A DNA stretch of 64,000 nt from the human T2T-CHM13v2.0 reference genome, Homo sapiens (GCF_009914755.1 NC_060929.1), one strand, 5' to 3'; positions 40,110-53,129 are shown, numbered from the stretch's first letter. Program-made: numbers and translations. Notes: generated by a model from the letters alone, not told the origin.

Positions 40110-40287
40110 GTGAGTTGCCTTTGCCTGGAGGAAAATGTGGAAAATGATCCCTGTAAATTTGCTCTGACATCGAGGACGGGTGACGTGGTAGAGACCTTCA
40201 TTTTGCATTCATCTAGTCCAAGTGTCCGGCAAACTTGGATCCATGAAATCAACCAAATTTTAGAAAACCAGCGCAATTTTTTAAATG
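40110..40287 (+). CDS. TRIO: TRIO exon 47 (178 nt; PH2)
   Basis: T13-aag|GTG...AATG|gtaatg. Encodes VSCLCLEENVENDPCKFALTSRTGDVVETFILHSSSPSVRQTWIHEINQILENQRNFLN(A). Confidence 0.96.
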
Positions 40288-40384
40288 GTAATGTGTGTTC
40301 TGTTACTAGATGTGTGCTTTCTTTCCTCGTGTACTCACTTGTATTTATCTTCCCTCTCCCATTCATATCCATAGTAATGACAGA

Positions 40385-40610
40385 ACTTAGCACTCACCAC
40401 TCTTCAGGCACTGCCTAGATATTGCTTTATTTCATCTTCACAACCACCCTGTGTGGCCAGTACTATTATTATTCCTGCTTTACAGATGAGAAAGCTGGGG
40501 CACTGAGCGGCTGAGTAATTTGCTTCGAGTCCCACAAGTTGTTGAGGGCAGAGTCAGGACACAGAGTGGCCATCTGGCTCTTGGTCTGTGCCCCTCGCAG
40601 CTACACTGTC
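40385..40610 (-). mobile_element. MIR
   Basis: cttcacaaccaccctgtg...tttacagatgagaaagctggggcactgagcggctgagtaatttgc. Confidence 0.75.
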
Positions 40611-40728
40611 CCACACATAACATGTACGAGGGCCCAGTCCTAGGAAGAGGAGTTTGCGAGAACACGAGATGGCATTGGCCAGAGACATTCACGAGGGCCT
40701 TGCACACCCACACCTCCTTTCCCCATTA

Positions 40729-41042
<314 letters not shown>

Positions 41043-42504
41043 GAGACGGTTCAGTACTTCCCTGCTTCCGTGACTTGAGGGATTGCAGAGATGCTGCAGA
41101 ACACAGCGGGCGTGGCCACACTACCCTTCCATTGCCTCTTAATGTATTTGATCTCTTTGCAAATGTTGGCTTCAACACTGGCTTTTAATTTGGTGATCAG
41201 CAAAGAACTTTGAGAATTCAGTCCGAAGCTATGTGCCCATGTCATCTGTGTCTTCTGGGTTCTTTGCTTCATGTTCGTATTCACGGTCTGCATCTATGCC
41301 TGCTCAAGCTCAATAGGATGTTGTAATGTTCTCTGTCACAAGAAAGCCACCTCTACACCTTGCGTGATGTTCAAGAGCCAGGAACATAGGCACTCAGTGA
41401 AAAATCTCAAGCCTCATGGCATTTTTAGCCAAGTGTTATGTGCTGCCTGGGTGTTAACTCCAAGTTTCCATCCTGCTTGCAAGCTGATAATCATTTACAT
41501 CTGCAGCTAGGGGTGGGCGCTTGAGGATAGGGAGGCACAGTTCCTCAGGTGCGAAGAGGTTCAATGTGGTGTTCTTATGTGGTGCATTGAGTTCCAATCC
41601 ATAGCTTGGAATTGAGAATGCTCTAAATTTTCATCATTGTCTTTAAAATAGAATGAACTGCCCCCAGATTGCACGCATGGTCTGTGATGTCAGAGTTTAC
41701 TTGACACCCACTCAGTTGAGTAACTAGTAATACCTATCCCAGAGGATTAAAGGAGATCGCTCATGGGCTGGGAGCTTGGGACCCTTTCACCTGCTTCTTG
41801 CACACCCCTTAGTCCTGGAAGAGGCTGTGGCCAGCACAGAGTTTGTAGACTGCCTCTGGCTCCTCAACGCTTGCTCACACATGCCTGGGGCTGGGGCTGG
41901 GGGGCTGCATCTGCTTGTCGTATTTTTCAAAGGCTTTAACACTTCAAGAGTTTGTGCATGTTTCCATACATGTTATTTTGGCCTGATTTCTGTGTTTTTC
42001 TACAATGAAGATGTAAGAAAACTCAGGCACCCAAGTCAAGAGATGGGACAGCCTCCCGCTCCAGGGGCCTCTAGTAGCTCCTTAGCTTCCCTCAGGGCTG
42101 TGTTCAGCCTGCAGAGCAGAGGTGGTCTATGAAACCGCCTCCACGGCAGCCCCAGGGTTTCTTTTTCACCCCAGGACTCTGGTTTAGGAAAGACCTTTGC
42201 GGAAGCCAGTTGGTAGCTGGAGGAGTTCTAGTCAAATCTGTTGCCTTGGTCTTCCTGTGGACACTGGCCCTTAGTCCGGGATGTGCTGAGGAATGCGGCC
42301 CCTTCCACCCGCTGCACTCAGCCGGCATCCCAATACCTTGGCAAGCAGGGGCCTCTTCTAGCTCTCCTGATGGGTGGGGTTGCTCTGCGCCCCTGCACGG
42401 GGTCTGCCCCATGACCCATCCCAGGGTGGGCCCTGTTCCTCCCTCACCCCGCGGCGTGCTCCTTGGCGCCCTGACCCAGTCTCTCCCGCTGTCTTGTCTT
42501 ACAG

Positions 42505-43301
42505 CCTTGACATCGCCAATCGAGTACCAGAGGAACCACAGCGGGGGCGGCGGCGGCGGCGGCAGCGGGGGCAGCGGCGGGGGTGGGGGCAGCGGCGGCG
42601 GCGGGGCCCCCAGTGGCGGCAGCGGCCACAGTGGCGGCCCCAGCAGCTGCGGCGGCGCCCCCAGCACGAGCAGGAGCCGGCCCTCCCGGATCCCCCAGCC
42701 TGTCCGACACCACCCCCCCGTGCTGGTCTCCTCTGCAGCCTCGAGCCAGGCAGAGGCAGACAAGATGTCAGGTACGTCCACCCCCGGGCCCTCCCTGCCT
42801 CCCCCTGGCGCGGCCCCCGAGGCCGGCCCCAGCGCGCCCAGCAGGCGGCCCCCCGGCGCGGACGCCGAGGGGTCCGAGCGAGAAGCGGAGCCGATCCCCA
42901 AGATGAAGGTGCTGGAGAGCCCCAGGAAAGGCGCCGCGAACGCCTCGGGGTCGAGCCCAGACGCCCCCGCCAAGGACGCGCGCGCTAGCCTGGGCACCCT
43001 GCCGCTTGGGAAGCCCCGGGCCGGGGCCGCTTCGCCGCTGAACTCGCCGCTCTCCAGCGCGGTCCCTTCTCTCGGCAAGGAGCCCTTCCCCCCCAGCAGC
43101 CCCCTGCAGAAGGGGGGCTCCTTCTGGAGCTCCATCCCCGCCTCCCCCGCCAGCCGACCCGGCTCCTTCACCTTCCCGGGGGACAGCGACTCCCTCCAGC
43201 GGCAGACACCCCGCCACGCGGCCCCTGGCAAGGATACTGACCGCATGAGCACGTGCTCCTCGGCCAGCGAGCAGTCCGTGCAGTCCACCCAGAGCAACGG
43301 G
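42505..43301 (+). CDS. TRIO: TRIO exon 48 (797 nt; PH2 C-terminal extension plus Gly/Ser/Pro-rich linker)
   Basis: tcttacag|CC...GGG|gtaagc. Encodes LTSPIEYQRNHSGGGGGGGSGG...SEQSVQSTQSNG. ALTSPIEYQR matches the Galphaq-binding extension of the Trio/Kalirin/p63RhoGEF family. Confidence 0.97.
42543..42606 (+). repeat. Coding GGC/GGN repeat (poly-Gly with Ser interruptions)
   Basis: GGG(GGC)6AGCGGGGGCAGCGGCGGGGGTGGGGGCAGCGGCGGCGGCGGG. Confidence 0.9.
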
Positions 43302-43361
43302 GTAAGCGCGTCGGGGGGCCCGCGCCCTCCCGCCCCCCTGCCTCTGTCCCGCCAGCTCTAA
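43302..43361 (+). CDS. TRIO: Exon 48 read-through C-terminus VSASGGPRPPAPLPLSRQL* (Trio9L-type isoform lacking SH3/Ig/kinase)
   Basis: The frame stays open for 19 codons past the donor to TAA 43359-43361. Matches an annotated TRIO isoform end as I recall it. Confidence 0.75.
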   Translation, partial: VSASGGPRPPAPLPLSRQL

Positions 43362-43981
43362 ACGCCACCGCGGCTGTTCTCACTAACTCGGCTGCCCAGC
43401 GCTCTCCGCCGCCCGTTGCGGCCTCTACCTGGGACCAGGCTAACCCTCCTGCGGGCCGGCCCACGGCGCTACTAACTACTCCTTGCTTTGTTCGTGTCTT
43501 CTAATAAGAGCAAGCCGATCATTAACCTTCTCAACGCAGCGTCTTTTGGTTTCTTCCATTTCCAACCAGCAGAATATCTTCTTGGAACTTTCTTTTTTAA
43601 CCTCTGCCTTCCTCACGCACCTATTTTTTGGAGGGTTCCTTTTCCCTGCTCTCTACCTCCTGTTTAAATTGAAACCTGTACACTTTAAGCTTTTTGCTCA
43701 TCGCTTGGTTTTGCTCTTTTATGCCTTAAATTATCTTTGCGGCATTTTTGACTCATCTGCTGGGGAAGACCATTCCCTCAAGAAAACTTCCAACAGCAAC
43801 TCAAAGCAAACTAAGATGAAAAAATGGGGGGAAAGAATCTGTCCACTGGGAACGCTTTACGTCACCGTGTTGCTCTGGAAGACAGAGACTGCTCTGGGCA
43901 CCTGGCGAGGCGGCTCTGCAGTGCAGGCTGGGGCCGGTCCCTGCGGCCTGCTGGGCTCTGGCCTCGTTTGGCCCATCACTC

Positions 43982-44110
43982 ATGCTGCCGTCTCAAGCAC
44001 AAGGGTTGCTGTGGTGGGTTTTCCCTCTGTTTCCTGCTTCCTCACTGTCCTACCCACCTGTTTCCTACAGGGCAGATGGCCTGGCCCGTAACACTTTCCT
44101 GAAGGCATGC
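43982..44110 (+). CDS. TRIO: Alternative 5' coding exon in intron 48 (43 aa) in frame with exon 49
   Basis: ATG 43982 opens MLPSQAQGLLWWVFPLFPASSLSYPPVSYRADGLARNTFLKAC, ending at a phase-0 donor TGC|gtgagt. With exons 49-57 this gives a 596-aa SH3-Ig-kinase protein. Confidence 0.6.
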
Positions 44111-45037
44111 GTGAGTGAATAGAACTGTTCTAATGAGTGTATGTTTGAACGCTTTATAAATTTTTAAATACATTTCTCTAAAAGGGTCTGTGTCTCTCTT
44201 TATATTAAAAAAAAAATCTAGCTTTTGCATGTCTTTCTCTTTCCTCTGGACTTATTAATGCCTTAATTGGTTTGACTTGGTCTTATCCTTTCCTACTATT
44301 TTTTGTTATGTATTTTGTTAAACTTTAATTGGGGAAGAAATTAACAAATGGGTCTTGATACATTTATTTACAGTTGAAGTGGCCGGGTAGGCATCCGCTG
44401 TCATGGCCACCGTACTGTGTCCTCCAGAGCAAGGTGGCCTTTCAGTTAGGTTGGACGTGCTAGGTAGGCAGGTATGCTAGGCGGGTGAGCATAGATTTGA
44501 GTCCAGTGTGGGGTGGTGGGGAGATGCAGTCAACCCAGTGACGGGCTATACCCGTCAGCACTTAGTTGGATACTCAGTATCCAGGTGTGGCCTTATAGCT
44601 GTGACCCTCGCTGAATCTGCCAGTTAGCATCTAGAGCTCATCATAGCCTGGACACATTCCCATTCAGTACGAGAGGAGATTTCAGAGTCTGTGTTTCAAA
44701 ATTAACACTTCAACTGCTCCAAGACAGGAGCCAATGCCAGTCTTCTCTGGACATTCATGAGAAGACATGAAAAATGGCCACACCCTGGCTCCATCCTGAA
44801 TGCTGTCTCTGAGGCCAAGGCGCAATCTGCAAGTGGCACGTGTTCCCGCGAGCTTTAGGTTGGGAAAGTTGCTTTTGCTTTCTCTCTTTCTCTTCCTACT
44901 TGTTCTCATGTGGCAGGGAACCTGGAAAGGGAACTTGCTGAACAGGATTTCAGACAAGTCAAGATGCCTTACAGAAATGCCCTAAAGGCCTAGGAAGACT
45001 CCAGAGCTCCAAAATGGGGCTTTAAAAATGCCCTCTA

Positions 45038-45516
<479 letters not shown>

Positions 45517-47607
45517 TCAACCCAAACCATGGCTGCACCAGTCCTTCCTGCAGCTCAGTGGTCTGGCCTTTTGGCCTGCTTTATTGAGCAGCAATAAAAG
45601 TGCATGCACACTGGAGTCACTCCAGCCCTGCCTTTCTTGCACAGGCCAGGTGGCCAGTGCCAGCTCACTGACCTTCCACTCTGAGAGACTGATAACCACG
45701 CCCACTGGTGGGTTGGTGGTGAGAATTAAGCAGGATAGACTTGAAATGCCTAGTACATAGGAGATGCCCAGAAAATACTAATAGTTAGGATTGTAGTAGC
45801 AAAATACTCTAATTATGAGATTGTAGCCTGGTATATTACCAAAAGCAGCTGTGCTGCAGAAGTTGTTTTTTGTTTACATATTCTTGGAAATTTAGCTTTG
45901 TAATCTCAGTACTCTTGGGCATTGCCATATAAGTCAGAATACTAAAGTCCATGCTAAAAGTATAATGCATAAATGAGTATGCACAAGCCAAAGCCTTCCC
46001 TGTACAGCACGCTTTTTTGCTGAAGAGCCACAGGCAAACAGTGGGCACCCACAGGGACAAGAACAGGAAGCAGACTCCTCCACGGCAGAGACAAAGAACA
46101 GGAGCTGGGCAGCACCGCCATGTTTTTAAGTATGCACCACAGGTCTAGATTCATAGCCCTGGCACCTGGAATTCCCAGTGGCTGGCTTGTTGGCTTTCTC
46201 AGGCTTGACCTCATGGAGGAGGGCCAGAGGTCTCTTCCCTCTGGTCCTTTTGGCCAGCTACAGCAGTCCGCCACCTGCTCCAGCGTGTACTGATACTGGC
46301 TCAGTAGACCAGGGCTGAGAGGCGGTAGAGCAGGGTTATCTGACAAATTGCATCTGCACTGACCCAGGATCTGCCCAGGGCGTCGGAGAGCCCAGCAGAA
46401 GCTAGCACCTTTGGAGCCTTGGGAACCCATGAACATCCCGACAGTACCCTCAGTGGAAGCCTTTGAGCACAAGTTCACGGGAACGAGGCACCAGATGCCG
46501 TTTCTCACATCCTAACTTGATAGAGGGGACTTGGGCAAGATGCAGCTTCAGGCGTTGGCAGGGGATCTGCATTTCTTCTCCACCCAGAACCATAGGCCAC
46601 GCGCTAGATGAGAGTGGGACAAACACTGCCGTTTGTGTTTCTTCTCAGGAGCTAACACCACTCTGTGTGTGGCCTGGGTAGGGCCTTAAGAAATCTCTGT
46701 CTTGCTGTTGCAATCCTGCCTCACTGACCGAGTCACTCACCATATGTTGAGTTCCTGCTGCATGTCAGCCCTGTGACTGAAGAGATCGGGTCCCACAGGG
46801 GCAGCGGTATAAGGGTGGGGGTACGCATCCCACACCAGAATCCGTTCCCAAAGCTTGAGTCACAGCACCTGGGGCGAGTGGCACTGGGATGCTTTGTGAT
46901 ATGTTCCCATGGCAGCAGAGCCTTGGGGACACTTGAGTCATGCAAGTTCATAAGAGGGACACCTAGCAAGTTCGTATTGCTGGAGACAGAGTCGCTCTCC
47001 GTATGAGCAGAATAGTGATCGATTTACGTTCAGGGGTTCCATGTTCTTCTTTTTGAAGAGACGAAGTAGAAATGATTAGGCATGTCAGCAACTTAGCATG
47101 ATTCTAGAGTATGCATTCCCAATGAACATTCTATCTGGAAGATTTAGGGACTTCTCTGTTATCTAATCTGTCAGTGAAATGAAGATTAATTTTGCATCAA
47201 TTAATTCTAATACCTTTTTTTAACTGATAATGAGATTCACAGTGATGTGGCTATGTTTGCTTAGGAGTAACCTAACGTGGCGTCAGCAGGAGGACTAAGA
47301 TGTTCCCGTGAGGGTGCAAGGAAGACCACAGTGGAACGAGCTTCCAAAACCAAAGAGTCATTATTGCAGTGAATTTTTTAAGAGCGTCCCTAAATTGCTT
47401 TCTAGAGAAATTACATTTTCAGTTATTGAAATAGATGCACACAGTTAGCCAGAGGGTAAAGGAAATGTTGAAAATTTCTCGGTGCTTGCCTGGTGAGCCC
47501 TGCACGGGGTCATGGTGCCATGGGGCACACTGACAAGGGATTTCATGTGATCAGGTCTCGTTTCAGTTCCTCCCTGCCTTTCTCTGTCTTCATCTGTCCC
47601 TCTGCAG

Positions 47608-47855
47608 AGTGAAAGCAGCAGCAGTAGCAACATCTCCACCATGTTGGTGACACACGATTACACGGCAGTGAAGGAGGATGAGATCAACGTCTACCAAGGA
47701 GAGGTCGTTCAAATTCTGGCCAGCAACCAGCAGAACATGTTTCTGGTGTTCCGAGCCGCCACTGACCAGTGCCCCGCAGCTGAGGGCTGGATTCCAGGCT
47801 TTGTCCTGGGCCACACCAGTGCAGTCATCGTGGAGAACCCGGACGGGACTCTCAA
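47608..47855 (+). CDS. TRIO: TRIO exon 49 (248 nt; second SH3 domain)
   Basis: tctgcag|AGT...AA|gtgagt. Encodes SESSSSSNISTMLVTHDYTAVKEDEINVYQGEVVQILASNQQNMFLV...EGWIPGFVLGH...DGTL(K). Confidence 0.97.
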
Positions 47856-49632
47856 GTGAGTGCTTGACAGTAACGGCGTCCTGGCAGGCAGCAGAGGGAG
47901 GGGGCACAGCACCCGTGAGGCACACGACCTCAGACGGGGTAAGCATGTGGAAGGGAGATCTGCGCTGGTATGTTAGAACAGGCTCAGCTCTGAGCACGTG
48001 GGAAGATGGGTGGCCTTCCATCTCACACACTCAGACTCACAGGGTCTTTGAATAATCTGCATTTAGAAATAGTCTGTTCTAGCACATTGTTGAGGAATCC
48101 CATTTGACATTTTTGTGTTAGTCATAACTCAAGAAAGTGTTGTTTGTTTGTTTGTTTGTTTGTTTAAGAAACCTAAGGGGAAAATATCCCCTATCTTTGT
48201 TTCTTTGACATACATTCTTAGGCCGCATATTAGTCAGGGTCCTTCAGAGGAGCAGGACCAGTAGGGAGCGTGCGGAGATGTTGGCATAGACACAGGCACA
48301 CCTCAGGTTGTTTTGTGCTTTGCTTTAATGTGCTTTGAAGACATTGCCTTTTTTACACGAGTTTTGTGGCAACCCTATGTCAAGCAAGTCTCTCGGTGCC
48401 ATTTGTCCAACAACGTATGCTCACACTCTGTATTTGTGTCACATTTTGGTGATTCTCAAATATTTCATGCATTTTGTTATTGTATTTGTTACGGTGATAT
48501 GTAGTTAGTGATGTCTGATGTTACCATTATAATTGTTTTGAGGAACAATGAACTGCACACATACAAGATGCCAAACATAATAAACGTGTGTTCTAACTGC
48601 TCCACCAACTGTCCATTCCCCCATGTGTCTCCCTCTCCTCAGGCCTGCCTGAGACACAACAATATCGAAATTAGACCAGTTAATAACTCTACAGTGGCCC
48701 CTAAATGTTCAAGTGGAAGAGTCACATGTCTCTCACTTTAAATCAAAAGCCAGAAGCTTAGTGAGGAAGGCATGCCAAAAGTGGATATAGGCCGAAAGCT
48801 AAGCGCCTCTCGCACCGAACAGTTAGCTAAATTGTAAATGCAAAGGAAATAAAAGTGCTACCCCACTAAACACACAAATAGTAAGAAGGCAAAACAGCCT
48901 TTGCTGAGACAGAGAAAGTTTGAGTGGTCTGGATAGAAGATCAAACCAGCCACAACCTTGCCTTAAGCCAAAGCCCAACCCAGAACAAGGCTCCATCTCT
49001 CTCCAGTTCTATAAAGGCTGAGAGAGATGAGGAAGCTGCAGAAGAAAAGTTGCAAACTAGCAAACTAGTTGATTCATGAAGTTTAAGGAAAGCTAATCCT
49101 GTAAAATAAAAGGGTTAGGGGCTAATGCAGCTGGTGGCTTTAAGTTGAACCCAGTCGCATTTATTTACCCTTCTGAAAATCCTGGGGTCCTTAAGAACCA
49201 TGCTAATTATCATCACACCTTATATACCAAAAGGTTAATTCAGTTAAGAAACATGAAGCCGGTTTTGCTGCACTGAGTATTATTTTACTGAATTTGATGG
49301 CAGTTTTTACAACTCTTCATCCCCCTGGAATGCCTGCTGTGGTAGAGGCATCTACTCTGCCTGTGCTCTAGAAATGGAACAACAAAGCCTGGCTGACAGC
49401 ACATCTGTACACCATGTATTTACAACACGGTTTACTGAGTATTTTAAGGCCAGTGTCAACACGTACTGCTCAGAAAACAAAAATTCTTTCAAAATATTAC
49501 TGTTCTTTGAAAATGCACCTGGTCACCCAAGAGCTCCGATGGAGATGTGCAAGGAGATTCGTGTTGTTTTCTTGCCTGCTAAGACAATATCCATGCTACA
49601 GCCCACGGATCAAGGAGTAATTTGGACTTTCA

Positions 49633-49984
<352 letters not shown>

Positions 49985-50580
49985 CTACCATAGGCAGTGA
50001 TGCCTCCAGTGGATCTGGGCAAAGTAAATTGAAAACCTTGTGGAGAGGATTCACCATTCCAGATGTCATGAAGAACACTCATGAATCATGGGAGAAGGTC
50101 AGAATGTTAACATTAATTAACAGTGGTTTGGAAGAAGTTGATTTCAACCCTCATGGATGACTTTGAAGGTTTTAAGACTTCAGTGAAGGAAATAACTCAG
50201 ATGTGGCAGAAACAGCAAGAAAAATAGGATCAGAAATGGAGCCTGAAAATGTGGCTGAAGAGCTGCAATCTCCTCATCAAACTTGAACAGATGTGGAGCT
50301 GCTTCTTAGGGGTGCGCAGAGAAAGTGGTCTCTTGAGATGGAATCTACTCCTGGTGAAAAGGCTATGAACACTGTTGAAATATTGGCAAAGAATTTAGAA
50401 TATTACATAAACTTAGTTGACAGTGCAACAGCAGGGTTTGAAAGGATTGATTCCAATTTCCAAAGAAGTTCTACTCTGGGTATAATGCTATCAGTGTCAC
50501 ATGCTGCAGGGAAGTCTTTTGTAACAAGGGGAGTGGTGGCAAATTTCTTGTTGTCTTACTTTAAGAAATTGCCCCAGCCA

Positions 50581-51047
<467 letters not shown>

Positions 51048-51919
51048 CTACCACCTTGATCAGTCAGCAGCCATCAGCATCAAGACAAGACCCTCCACTA
51101 GCAAAAACAGTACAATTCACTGATGGTGCGGATGATAGCATTTTTTTTAGCAAATAAACTGTTTTTAATTAAGGTATGTACATTTTTTAGACATAATACT
51201 ATTGCACACATAATAGACTCTAGTATAGTATAAACTTAACTTTTATATGCACTAAGAAACCAAAACTTGATGTGGCTCACTTTGTTGTGGTAGTCTGGAA
51301 CCAAGTCCCCAGGACCTCTAAAAGGTATGCCTGTCTAGAAGTGGATTTATGATGAGAAATTGCCTCACATAGTTAGGGAGACTGGCAAGTCCAAATCTGC
51401 ATGTGGACCAGCAGGCTTCAGACCCCGGAGAGCACGTGGTGCAGGCTGAGCCTGAAGACAGTCTGCTAGAGAACGCCCTCTTGCTTGGGAGACCAGACTT
51501 TTTGTGTTCCCTTAAGGCCTTCGGCTCATTGGATGAGGGCCATTCACCTTAGAAAGGGCACATGCCTTTACTGGACCCATCAAAATGTTCATCTTATTCA
51601 GAAACACCCTCACAGGAATACCCAGAATAATGTTTGAACAAATATCTAGGCGTCCTGTGACCCAGTCAAGTTACACATAAAATCAGTTATCACAGGCACC
51701 TTTATATTTTCATCCTCAAACTTTAAGAGATTGTTGGTTTTATCTCCTGGTTCTTAAAAAAAAGGAACATTTTCTCTAACAGAGGTCACAGTTCGTAGAG
51801 GATTTCCCATCCCCCTGCACACACATACGTTGAATATTCAGCTTTTCTTTAACGCTTCCAGGCAGCACTTGGTGAATGTTGGAAAGGCATAATACCCACA
51901 GTGTGTTCATTTCCCCTAG

Positions 51920-52058
51920 GAAGTCAACATCTTGGCACACAGCACTCCGTTTAAGGAAAAAATCTGAGAAAAAAGATAAAGACGGCAAAAGGGAAGGCAA
52001 GTTAGAGAACGGTTATCGGAAGTCACGGGAAGGACTCAGCAACAAGGTATCTGTGAAG
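51920..52058 (+). CDS. TRIO: TRIO exon 50 (139 nt)
   Basis: ttcccctag|G...AAG|gtgtgt. Encodes KSTSWHTALRLRKKSEKKDKDGKREGKLENGYRKSREGLSNKVSVK. Confidence 0.95.
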
Positions 52059-52887
52059 GTGTGTTCGGGGGTCTTCAGGAGTCCGTGTCATCCCAGCATG
52101 AGAGAAAGGATCAGGGAGGGCAGAGACTCTGCAGACCTGAAGCTGGGCTTGCTTATGACCTCCCTCCCACCCACCAGCCCCGTGCCCTGCGTGTCCTGTA
52201 GGGTCTTGTTAGGGGCACTATGCTGGCCAGCACAGGGATGGGTGCGTCCTACAAGGAACCAGGTAGACCCCTGCACACTTCCGCAGGTGCACATGTGGCT
52301 TCTAAAGAATATGGTTAGGTTTGCAAATGAAGCACAGAGACTAGGTTCTCAGAAGCAGCGAAGGTGCAGAGAAGCTATGGCTCAGGCTTCCTTCAGTGTT
52401 CCTGCCTTAAAGCCAAGGGGAAGTGGCTAGATGTGGGGGTGCATATGGGCTCTCTGGCTGTGACAGATCCCCTTGGGGACAACTTCAGTCAGCTTTAGTC
52501 CTATAATCGGATTGCCTGACACCTGCGGTGGGGGTTGCCTGGAGAAAAAGAAGGTATCTCCTGAAAGGGACTCTGAGCGCCAGGGGCCAGGGCGTTGGCG
52601 GCTCTGCATTAGGAACGCATCTGAGGACCAGCTGGACTCAGCCTGTAGCATGAGAAAAACACACATCTAAGCAGTGTTTTTGTGTTTGTGGGTAGGAAGA
52701 AAAAGACCCACCCAAATTAGTGTGACATGAAACTTTTGAGTGCAGTGAAAATGTGGTCTGTTTTGATTGATGCCCAGGCAAGTCAGTTTCTGCAAATCTT
52801 TCAACAATAATTGTAGCCCTGGAATGAAAGGAATACACCTTAAAGTAGCTCATTTCAGTTAATGCTTGTTTGCTGTTTCCATTTCAG

Positions 52888-52915
52888 CTTCTCAATCCCA
52901 ACTACATTTATGACG
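52888..52915 (+). CDS. TRIO: TRIO exon 51 (28-nt micro-exon)
   Basis: catttcag|CTT...GACG|gtgagt. Encodes LLNPNYIYD(V). Required to keep phase between exons 50 and 52. Confidence 0.93.
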
Positions 52916-53129
52916 GTGAGTTCTGTTCTTTTTCTTCTAGTCCTAGAGATGATTCTAGACCTGTGGGGCATGTTTCAGAGCACTTGAGTGTGGCCTCTGG
53001 AAATGAGTTTTCCGTGGCGCTCTAGGCGTGCATAGCAGGTTAGGTCCTATCAATCTGTCGGGGACATGTGGGTGGGTGTGGAGGAGGAGCCAGGGCTGAT
53101 GGGCCTTTACCGACTCCTTTCCCATGCAG

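Larger units (their letters stand above)
42400..43480. promoter_or_regulatory. Intragenic CpG island over exon 48 and the start of intron 48
   Basis: Very high GC and CpG density that extends past the donor into the intron. Boundaries approximate. Confidence 0.8.

Noticed and set aside
42104-43297. 397-aa antisense ORF and other overlapping ORFs at exon 48
   Set aside because: Stop-poor shadow frames of an extremely GC-rich exon. Low-complexity Pro/Gly/Ala content and no domain.
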